A stretch of 64,000 bases of DNA from Myxococcales bacterium. GTDB taxonomy: Bacteria; Myxococcota_A; Polyangia; Polyangiales; DASUME01. Position 1 is the first letter of the stretch. The number at the start of each line of letters is the position of its first letter. The stretch covers positions 3,424,001-3,488,000 of the forward strand of contig JASGJH010000001.1 in the NCBI GenBank assembly GCA_047601445.1, written 5' to 3'. This document shows, one piece after another, positions 10,299 to 17,997 of the stretch. Made by a program: the position numbers and the translations under genes. The notes below the pieces were generated by a model. That model was not told where the DNA came from and made no database searches. It saw only the letters and a program-made list of their open reading frames with translations.

Positions 10299-11327
10299 AT
10301 GAGCATACTACTCGCGGTCCTCGGTATTTCAGTTCTCGTGATCGTGCACGAAGCCGGTCACTACCTCGCGGCCCGCGCCTTCGGCATGCGGGTCCTGCGT
10401 TTCAGCGTGGGCTTCGGCCCCACCATCGCGAAGTTCCAGCCCCAGGGGAGCAGCACGGTGTTCCAAATCGGCCTGGTGCCGTTTTTGGCGTACGTGCAGA
10501 TCGCCGGCATGAACCCGGCCGAAGAGAACGACCCGAACGACCCCGAGCTCTACTCGAACAAGGGCGTCCTCGCGCGTTTCCTGACCATCTTCGCCGGTCC
10601 CTTCGCCAACTACCTGATCGCGTCGGCCCTGGTGTTCAGCCTCGCCTTGATGGGTCACCACGGCGAGAATCCCCCGCACGAGCCCATGGTGGTGGACAGC
10701 GTCCAGCCGGGGTCCCCCGCCGAGAAGGCCGGCGTGCGCACCGGTGACATCATCGTGCAGGCGGACCAAAAGCCGGTGAAACACGTGGGCGACCTGATCG
10801 AGATCACCGCCCCCCGCGCGAAGAAGCCCACCCTCTACCTGGTGGAGCGCGGCGGCAAGCAGCTGGCTCCCCTCACCATCGTCCCGATGGACGATCACGG
10901 GCGCGGCATCATCGGCATCATCCCGAAGGTCCGCAACGACCCGATGCCGGTGGGCAAGGCGCTGGCTTACTCGGTGCTCTACCCGTTCGAGCTCACGCTC
11001 CACCAGCTCGAGGGCTTCGCCCACATGTTCAAGCAGGGCAGTACCGAGGGGGTCGTCGGTCCGGTCGGCATGGTGAAGATCGTGGCCACCCGCACGGGGA
11101 ACTTCGTGCAGCTGGCCAACATCCTGATCCTCATCAGCGTGGCGCTCGGCATGTTCAACCTGATGCCGCTGCCTGCCCTCGACGGTGGCCGCCTGGTCTT
11201 CCTCGGTTACGAGATCATCACGCGCAAGCGCGCCAACGAGCGCGTCGAGAACCTCGTGCATACGGTGGGTCTGGTGCTCTTGCTGTGTCTGATCGCCCTG
11301 GTCACCTTGCGCGACGTGGCCGGCTGA
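10299..11327 (+). CDS. rseP: RIP metalloprotease RseP (M50 family, PDZ)
   Basis: IVHEAGH, FSVGFGP, AGPFANY, PDZ domain, GVVGPVG, FNLMPLPALDGG. Confidence 0.92.
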   Translation: MSILLAVLGISVLVIVHEAGHYLAARAFGMRVLRFSVGFGPTIAKFQPQGSSTVFQIGLVPFLAYVQIAGMNPAEENDPNDPELYSNKGVLARFLTIFAGPFANYLIASALVFSLALMGHHGENPPHEPMVVDSVQPGSPAEKAGVRTGDIIVQADQKPVKHVGDLIEITAPRAKKPTLYLVERGGKQLAPLTIVPMDDHGRGIIGIIPKVRNDPMPVGKALAYSVLYPFELTLHQLEGFAHMFKQGSTEGVVGPVGMVKIVATRTGNFVQLANILILISVALGMFNLMPLPALDGGRLVFLGYEIITRKRANERVENLVHTVGLVLLLCLIALVTLRDVAG

Positions 11328-11620
11328 CGGGTCGTCCCAAGCACCTTCTCCGACCCGCCACCGGCACTTCTCCGGCCCTCCCCGGCAATGCTCAGATCGC
11401 CTCGACAGGGGACCTCGGGTGCGCTGGCGTCTGCTGCCCCCCGACCGGAACTACGTTCGCGAGCCTACGCTGGGTAAACAGCGCTCCAAGACGCATTGGC
11501 CGCCGACGCGTAAGAGGGTTTTCCCGCTGGCTATGGGAAGCCGCTGTCCATACACTCGCGTCCGAGGTTTGGCTCGCGCACCGACCGCCGGACGGCGACC
11601 TTACCTGAGGAGGGCTCCGT

Positions 11621-12565
11621 ATGGTGCGCAGTTGGTGTTTCCTGATGGCCGCGGCATGTCTAGCTGGCTCGCTCACGGCCGGTGTCGCCCGCGCCCAGGA
11701 CAAGGGCGACGGGTTCTCCCTGGACGACCCGGACCAGCAGCCGGCTGCCAAGAAAGCCCCCGCCCCGGAAGAGGTTCCGCTGCCTCCCGAGGAAGAAGAG
11801 AGCGGCCTGCTGAGCGACGAGCAAGCGTTGCAGGAAGAGCGAGCGCCCAAGGAGGAGTTCCGCGAGTCCACGGACCCCTACGAGGATCCCAGCAAGGCCT
11901 ACTACTTCGTGGGCGTGGGTTGGCGCTACATCCGAATGTCCGACTATTTCTTGAACCCCTTCCTGGATGCGGCCCCCTCGGTGGGCACGGCGGGCAGCTT
12001 TTTCGGCGAGTTCGCCTACCGCAAGGACGGCTTCTCGGTCGGCGCGAACGTCGGTTGGGTCAAGTGGAACTTCCACGGTCCCTTCCAGATCGCCGGTGAC
12101 CCCACCACGGACACGGAGTGGCTCGACACCAACTGGAACCTGCTCATGCTCACCTCGACCATCACCTGGTCCACGCAGTTCACCGAGTGGATGTCACTCG
12201 AGTACGGTCTCGAGGCCGGTGTGGCCTTCATCTTCGGCAACATGATCCGCACCGAGGCCTATCCGGGAGCCAACGGGAACTACGCCAAGTGCGATGGCCC
12301 CGGCTTGAACGACCCCACCTACTGCGCGCTCCCCATCAACGGCGCCGTCCGGACCAACGCCGCCAATGAAGACGGCGAGCACTACGGCGTGAAGGCCGAG
12401 CGCGGTATCGCCAACGGCGGCGTGCCCTACGCGGTGCCGGTACTGGGGCCCAAGCTCTCGCTGCGCTTCAAGCCTATCCACCAGATCGCCCTGCGCATCG
12501 ACGTGCCGCTACCCGCCCTGCCGGTCGGCTGGATGGGCGGACTTTCCGCGCAGTACGGCTTCTGA
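11621..12565 (+). CDS. Exported protein, probable outer-membrane beta-barrel, function unknown
   Basis: GAGGAGG RBS, signal peptide (ARA-Q), alternating aromatic beta-strand pattern, C-terminal Phe. Confidence 0.65.
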   Translation: MVRSWCFLMAAACLAGSLTAGVARAQDKGDGFSLDDPDQQPAAKKAPAPEEVPLPPEEEESGLLSDEQALQEERAPKEEFRESTDPYEDPSKAYYFVGVGWRYIRMSDYFLNPFLDAAPSVGTAGSFFGEFAYRKDGFSVGANVGWVKWNFHGPFQIAGDPTTDTEWLDTNWNLLMLTSTITWSTQFTEWMSLEYGLEAGVAFIFGNMIRTEAYPGANGNYAKCDGPGLNDPTYCALPINGAVRTNAANEDGEHYGVKAERGIANGGVPYAVPVLGPKLSLRFKPIHQIALRIDVPLPALPVGWMGGLSAQYGF

Positions 12566-12775
12566 CCCGCCAGCGGGTGCTCCTCGCCCGCTCGTTCATG
12601 TTCTTTCCTTCCAGCGCGCGCCCGCCGCTCTCCCCGAGCGCACCAGGCACGTGCTCCAGCTCCCCGAGTGAGCCGGGCGCAGGCTCGGCGCCCCCTCGAG
12701 GGCGCGAGAATTGCCGAGAATTGGGTAGAGGACAGGGGCTTGCCGCCGAAACGCTCCTATGGGAAAACGGCGGGC

Positions 12776-13831
12776 ATGTCGCGTTTGTCTCGGGTCCTTT
12801 GTGCGCTTCTCTTGGCCGTCGCTGCGGCCGGCTCGCTTCACTCCTCCGCCAGTTCGCAGGCTCTCCCCCCAGCCGCGCAGCCCGCGGTCGAGCGCACACC
12901 CGAGGACATCGCGCGGCGCAAGCAGGCCATCGTGAAGGCCGATGGTGAAGAGGTCACGGTGGGTGAGCTCGAGGACTTCCTCAACTCCCAACCTCCCATG
13001 ATGCGCGAGCGCTATCGCAACCCCGACGAGCAGAAGAAGCTCATCGAGAGCATGTTGCGCGTGGACTTGTTGGCGACCGAGGCGGCGCGCAAGGGCTACG
13101 ACAAGAACCCCACCGTGGTGCGCACGGTGAAAGACAGCTCGGTGCAGGCGCTGCTACGCGCCGAGATCGACGCCAAGTACTCGCCGCAAACCGTGTCGGC
13201 GGAGGCCGTGAAGGCCTATTACGACGAGCACTCGGCGGAGTTCCATCGGCCCGCCATGCGGCGTGCGAGCATGATCGTGCTGGGCACCGAGGCCGAAGCC
13301 AAGCAGCTCTTGGCGGAAGCCCAGAAGGCCGACGTGCGCAAGTTTGCGGAGCTCGCCAAGCAGCACAGCACCGACAACGAGAGCAAGCTACGGGCGGGCG
13401 ACCTGGGTTACTTCGGCAAGGACGAGGGCGTGGGAGCCAACGAGCATGTGCCGAAGGCCGTGCGCGCCGCGACCTTCACGCTGAAGACCACGGGCGACGT
13501 TTCGCCCAAGCCGGTGCAGCTGGACGCGGGTGGCTTCGCCATCGTGCGGCTCACGGGCGAGCGACCCGAGCGCAATACCGAGCTCTCGGAGGCCGACCTC
13601 ACCATCCGCACCAAGCTGTGGCGTGAACAGCGGCAGCAGGCCCTCACGTCCTTGGTCGACGGGCTGCGAACCAAGGAAAAGCCCCAGGTGTTTGCCGAGC
13701 GCGCCGACTGGATCAAGTTCGACGATATGGACAAGCGCCCCGCCGGCTTCTCGCCAGATCGCCCCGGCCCGGCGGCACCAGGTGCCGGCCACCCGGTCGA
13801 TCCGCACGCTGCCCCCGGAGCTGCGCCCTGA
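12776..13831 (+). CDS. Parvulin/PpiC-type peptidyl-prolyl isomerase (SurA/PrsA-like)
   Basis: Signal peptide; FAELAKQHSTD...RAGDLGYF; VSPKPVQLDAGGFAIVRL. Confidence 0.85.
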   Translation: MSRLSRVLCALLLAVAAAGSLHSSASSQALPPAAQPAVERTPEDIARRKQAIVKADGEEVTVGELEDFLNSQPPMMRERYRNPDEQKKLIESMLRVDLLATEAARKGYDKNPTVVRTVKDSSVQALLRAEIDAKYSPQTVSAEAVKAYYDEHSAEFHRPAMRRASMIVLGTEAEAKQLLAEAQKADVRKFAELAKQHSTDNESKLRAGDLGYFGKDEGVGANEHVPKAVRAATFTLKTTGDVSPKPVQLDAGGFAIVRLTGERPERNTELSEADLTIRTKLWREQRQQALTSLVDGLRTKEKPQVFAERADWIKFDDMDKRPAGFSPDRPGPAAPGAGHPVDPHAAPGAAP

Positions 13832-13836
13832 GCGAG

Positions 13837-14886
13837 GTGAGCACTCAGGAGCGGGCTCTCCTGCGTGAGCTCGTGGCCGCTTATCAGCGGATCAACGAGA
13901 GCTTGTTCAAGTCTGCCCTGCGCTCTCCCCAGTTCGCGCTGAGCGACGCCGACTCGTTTCTGGGACGCTGGTTCCCGAGTTCGCGCACGCTCGAGCTATC
14001 GCGTAAGTTCGTCCTGAGCCACGACTGGACCGTGGTACTCGAGGTACTCAAGCACGAGATGGCGCACCAGTTCGTGCACGAGGTGTTGCGGGAGCACGAG
14101 ACGCCCCACGGCCCGGCCTTTCGCGATGTGTGCGCGCGCCTCGGCATCGACGAGCGCTCGGGCGGGGTGCCGCAGGCGGCTCAATCGACCGAGCAGAAAC
14201 GCCTGCTCGAGCGCGTGCACAAGTTGCTCGCTCTCGCCCAGAGCGACAATCAACACGAGGCCGAAGCAGCAGCCGCAGCGGCGCAGCGCCTGATGCTGCG
14301 CCACAACCTGGACCTTGCCGAGAGCAGCACCCCCACGCAGTACTCGTTTCGCCAGCTCGGACGCGTGACCGGCCGGGTCAGCGAGTGGGAGCGTCGGCTC
14401 GGCAACGTGCTGCGGGATCACTTCTTCGTGGAGATCATCTGGGTGCCGGCCTATGTGCCCGAGCAAGCCAAGCGCGGCAGCGTGATGGAAGCCATCGGCA
14501 GCCCAGAAAACCTCGAGCTAGCTGCCTATGTGTACGACTTTCTGAAGCACACCGCGGAGCGTCTCTGGCTTGCCCACCAACGCGACAACGAGATCGCGAA
14601 CAATCGTGATCGGCAGCCCTACTATGCCGGCGTCATGAGCGGGTTCGCGCAGAAGCTGGCGCAGGAGGCCAAGCGGCATCGGGCCGAAGGGCTCATCTGG
14701 GTGCCTCAAACCAAGCTCGGTGAGTACACACGCAAGCGGCACCCCTACCTGCGCACGATCCATCATCAGGGGCACCGGCGCCGCGACGCCTTCGCCGAAG
14801 GTCAGCGGGCGGGACGCGACGTGGTGCTCCACCGGGGCATCACGGGCCAGAACAGCCGCGGCGAACGTCGTCTCTTGCGCGGCTGA
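13837..14886 (+). CDS. SprT-like zinc metalloprotease domain plus DUF2786 domain protein
   Basis: LKHEMAHQ...HGPAF zincin motif; KLLALAQSDNQHEAEAAAAAAQRLM is typical of DUF2786. Confidence 0.85.
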   Translation: MSTQERALLRELVAAYQRINESLFKSALRSPQFALSDADSFLGRWFPSSRTLELSRKFVLSHDWTVVLEVLKHEMAHQFVHEVLREHETPHGPAFRDVCARLGIDERSGGVPQAAQSTEQKRLLERVHKLLALAQSDNQHEAEAAAAAAQRLMLRHNLDLAESSTPTQYSFRQLGRVTGRVSEWERRLGNVLRDHFFVEIIWVPAYVPEQAKRGSVMEAIGSPENLELAAYVYDFLKHTAERLWLAHQRDNEIANNRDRQPYYAGVMSGFAQKLAQEAKRHRAEGLIWVPQTKLGEYTRKRHPYLRTIHHQGHRRRDAFAEGQRAGRDVVLHRGITGQNSRGERRLLRG

Positions 14887-14981
14887 CGTCTGCGCGGGGA
14901 CATCGCTGCGCGAACAGATGAGAGCGGCAGATGAGAGCGGGCACCGGCACGGACGGCGCCTTGCTGCGGCACTTGGTCAGC

Positions 14982-16004
14982 TCACTGCCGGGGCTTTTGA
15001 GCCAGGAAGAACGCCATCGGCGTGAACACGCCGGCTTCGCCCGAGGCCACCAACGCATCGGCGCCACGATTGAGGAAGTCGCTGATCTCGGCCGTGCCCT
15101 TGGGCGCGATGCGCGCTGTCTCCAGGGTACGCGTGAGGGCCTTCACCATGACCTTGCCGGCCGACGTGCGGCGCAGGCCGGTGTTGGAGAGCTCCTTGCC
15201 AGCCAGGCTCAGGTACCAGGGCACCTCGGGATCACCTTCGATGGCCTTGTCTTGAGCATCGAGCACGTCGAAGCCAGCCGCGCGGAAGCAGTTTCCGGTC
15301 TCCTCGAGCGTCCAGATGTCGGGCAAGCCATTGCCCTCTTCGATGTCACCCTTCATGCGCACGTGGGCCGGGTTGTTGGCGTCGTAGCTGCCGGTGAGGC
15401 ACCACTCGTAGACCGCGATCCTGCCGCCGGGCTTGAGCACGCGGAAGAGCTCCCGGAACAACGCGGTCTTGTCGGGCGCGTGGCAGGTCGCCTCGAAGGC
15501 GTAGACGTGGTCGAACGAAGCGTCGGGCTCCGGGATCTGCATGAAGTCTGCTTCGAGCAGCGAGCACTGGCCATCGAGACGCGCGGTCACGTTGTACTGA
15601 CGGGCCTTCTTCACCTGGTAGGCGTTGTTGTTCACGCCCACGACGGAGGCGCCGCTGAAGCGGGCCATCTCGCGCATGGGACCGCCGACACCGCAGCCCA
15701 CGTCGAGCGCGCGCTGGCCGGCCCCGAGGCCCAGACGCAGCGCGACGTAGTGCTGGTGGCGCTTGATGGAGGCCTCGAAGGGCTCGCCGCGGTAGCGCGG
15801 GGCGAAGTGGAAGGACTCGCCCCAACCGCGCTCGTAGATGTCGGTGACGAGATCGTAGTAGCCGCGCACCATGTCCGTGTAGCTATGCTTGCGAGCGTCC
15901 ACGCTGCCTCCACCGTTGTCGTGGAAAGCGCGGTATTGCCGGACGTCGTCGCGAATATCGCCGCGCGCGTGCCCCGCACGGGTCTCAACCGATGCTGCTG
16001 CCAT
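14982..16004 (-). CDS. smt: Sterol C-24 methyltransferase (ERG6/SMT family)
   Basis: YYDLVTDIYERGWGESFHFAP, LDVGCGVGGPMRE, GVNNNAYQ, YAFEATCHAP, LKPGG...YEW, IEEGNGLP, and Sterol_MT_C-like tail LVASGEAGVFTPM. Confidence 0.9.
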   Translation of the reverse strand: MAAASVETRAGHARGDIRDDVRQYRAFHDNGGGSVDARKHSYTDMVRGYYDLVTDIYERGWGESFHFAPRYRGEPFEASIKRHQHYVALRLGLGAGQRALDVGCGVGGPMREMARFSGASVVGVNNNAYQVKKARQYNVTARLDGQCSLLEADFMQIPEPDASFDHVYAFEATCHAPDKTALFRELFRVLKPGGRIAVYEWCLTGSYDANNPAHVRMKGDIEEGNGLPDIWTLEETGNCFRAAGFDVLDAQDKAIEGDPEVPWYLSLAGKELSNTGLRRTSAGKVMVKALTRTLETARIAPKGTAEISDFLNRGADALVASGEAGVFTPMAFFLAQKPRQ

Positions 16005-16308
16005 GGCGTGTTGTCCTCCGGTTCACGGTGTACTTGCTCGAACTGGGTCAAACAAGCGCCAACTCTCGGGAATTTGGACGATACGGAGCTCTGTATCAGC
16101 GTCGGATTTGCGTCGATCCTGGAGTGATCGCATGAATCCGTCTTCGACGCCTTGGAGCACAAAATCGTGACACGTAGTAACGATGCAGCGACCGACGCGA
16201 GCGAGCCTGAGCGATAAGAGGATCGAAGCAAGAGATGGAAATCTCGCAGCAACAAGGACCTGCTCCGCAGCTGGTGCACCCCCGGATGGGAACGCAGCGA
16301 GCTGAGCC

Positions 16309-16647
16309 ATGACGCTGAGGCAGGTCGCGCTCCTAGTCGCACTGGGCGTCTTCTTGTGGATCGTGTTTCGCGCCGGACGCGAGCGTGAGCTGTTCGTGCT
16401 GGCCGTGCGCTCGGGCAAGACCCGCTTGGTGCGCGGCAAGCTGCCGCCTTCGCTGTTCGCGACCCTCAGCGATGTGATGCAAGCGGCCAAGGTCGAGCGC
16501 GCGACCGTACGCGTGTGGCGAGAACAGGACCACGCGCGGCTCGAGGCGAGTGGGCTCAACGAGTGGGTGCTGCAACGCGCACGCAACGTCCTCGGAACCT
16601 ATCCGCTGGCCAAGCTACTCAGCGCCCAGACACTGCGTGCGAAATGA
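16309..16647 (+). CDS. Small membrane protein, DUF3634-like
   Basis: N-terminal TM helix, LFVLAVRSGK...RG.LP, C-terminal QRARNV. Confidence 0.65.
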   Translation: MTLRQVALLVALGVFLWIVFRAGRERELFVLAVRSGKTRLVRGKLPPSLFATLSDVMQAAKVERATVRVWREQDHARLEASGLNEWVLQRARNVLGTYPLAKLLSAQTLRAK

Positions 16648-16650
16648 CTT

Positions 16651-16672
16651 CACGGCGAGGTCACGCGACCTC
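16651..16672. repeat. Solitary partial copy of the 42-bp palindromic unit
   Basis: CACGGCGAGGTCACGCGACCTC matches the array unit CACGGGGAGGTCACGCGACCTC at 21 of 22 positions; lies between convergent genes. Confidence 0.75.
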
Positions 16673-17039
16673 AACGCTCGTCCTCGCTCGGCGCCCCGCA
16701 GGCGAGCCACTCGGCCAGGTCCTCGCGCTGGGAAAGCGGTGGGTCGTCGGGCCCCGGGGGCATGGAGTCGTTGTCGAGGGCGGCGCGCGCGAAGATGCGA
16801 TCGGCGTGCAAGCGGATGCCGCGCAAGCTGTCGAAGTTGAACTCGCCGGGCGCACCGTGACGATTGGCCGCATAGGGCTGGTGGCAGCGAGTACACCAGC
16901 GGGCCATGAACTCCTCCCCGAAGTTCTCGTAGCTCAGCGAGGTCCCGTTCGGTGGGCACTCGGCGTCGTCGAGCTGCGCAATGGAGCAACCAGCGGCCAG
17001 CAGCATGCCCGCAGTCAACGCGAAGCGATGCGCGCTCAC
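16671..17039 (-). CDS. Small lipoprotein with one c-type heme motif
   Basis: Lipobox LAAGC; CTRCH; distal Met motif SMPPG; LAEWLACGAP. Confidence 0.8.
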   Translation of the reverse strand: MSAHRFALTAGMLLAAGCSIAQLDDAECPPNGTSLSYENFGEEFMARWCTRCHQPYAANRHGAPGEFNFDSLRGIRLHADRIFARAALDNDSMPPGPDDPPLSQREDLAEWLACGAPSEDER

Positions 17040-17746
17040 AGCGCCACCTCCGCGCCGATCAGGGCGAGCACCCCAAAATACAAAGCCGGGCCGCGGTCGT
17101 CGGGCGACATGAACGCGAAAGCTTCGCCGCCGGCGCTGAGCTTGACCTTGCCGAGTTCGAGGATCTGATAGCGAGCCCCCACGTCGAGCTCACCACCCAT
17201 GCGATGACGGATCCCGGTACCGACACCGAAGGGCACGAGCCAGGGCTTCTCACGGGCCACCGCCACCGATTCCTCGTGCTGGTGCACGCCGGAGATGCGC
17301 GCAGTCAAGCGAGTGCGCTCACCGATCCGGGGCGCGATGCCTGCGCCGAAAGCCAAGGTGGTGACCAGGCGCTCGTCCACGTTGGCGTATCCCTCGCGGA
17401 GCTGCGCGCTCAGTGTGATCCAGTCGAACAGTCGCGTGCCGAGCAAGACGCTGCCGCAGCCGAGGTAATCGCCACGCCAACTCGAAGCCCCCCCGCCCAC
17501 GCCGAGGTCCGCGAGTAGTACGTAGCGCGCGGCTTCTTCGGCGAAGACGGGCGAGCTCCAGCCGAGGGCCAGCCAGAACAGCGCGGCGGCCACGGCGCGG
17601 ACGCCGAGCACGCGTTGCGCACGTCCGAACACACGCAACTCCAGCGGCAGGACGCAGAGCGTCCTCCAGAGTCCCGAAAGGCTCATTTCGCAAGCTCCCC
17701 GCGAGGGCATGTCGATTCGCAGTCGCGCGCCGGCGTCGCCTCGCAT
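17036..17746 (-). CDS. Exported probable outer-membrane beta-barrel protein
   Basis: Signal-like segment, amphipathic strands, 4-nt overlap with the cytochrome gene; start supported by the upstream promoter motif. Confidence 0.6.
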   Translation of the reverse strand: MRGDAGARLRIDMPSRGACEMSLSGLWRTLCVLPLELRVFGRAQRVLGVRAVAAALFWLALGWSSPVFAEEAARYVLLADLGVGGGASSWRGDYLGCGSVLLGTRLFDWITLSAQLREGYANVDERLVTTLAFGAGIAPRIGERTRLTARISGVHQHEESVAVAREKPWLVPFGVGTGIRHRMGGELDVGARYQILELGKVKLSAGGEAFAFMSPDDRGPALYFGVLALIGAEVAL

Positions 17747-17752
17747 GGCTTA

Positions 17753-17779
17753 TTGCCCGCTGCGTGCAGGACCGTTCAA
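17753..17779 (-). promoter_or_regulatory. Putative ECF promoter TTGAAC-N15-GGGCAA
   Basis: Minus strand TTGAAC-GGTCCTGCACGCAGC-GGGCAA-TAAGCC-ATG(17746); same motif and spacing as three sites in the ECF/TonB locus. Confidence 0.7.
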
Positions 17780-17997
17780 CGGTCCGCGCGTTTTCGGGTC
17801 GGAGGCTCGCAGTCAGACACTCGAGATGGGTCATGAACGCGAGCCGACGTCGTGATGTGGGCGTCGACCGCTGCGTGTAAGCGCGGGCTCCGCTGGTGAT
17901 CACACGCCCGCAGATCGAAAAAATCAGGGCAGCCCGAGAAAGCGTCGGAACAGTGTTGTCGATCACATGAAGTGCGGAAGCGTGCAGCGTTACAATC

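Noticed and set aside
14915..14940. 13-bp direct duplication CAGATGAGAGCGG x2
   Set aside because: Real, but only two copies in a convergent intergenic gap with nothing between them; no function can be supported.
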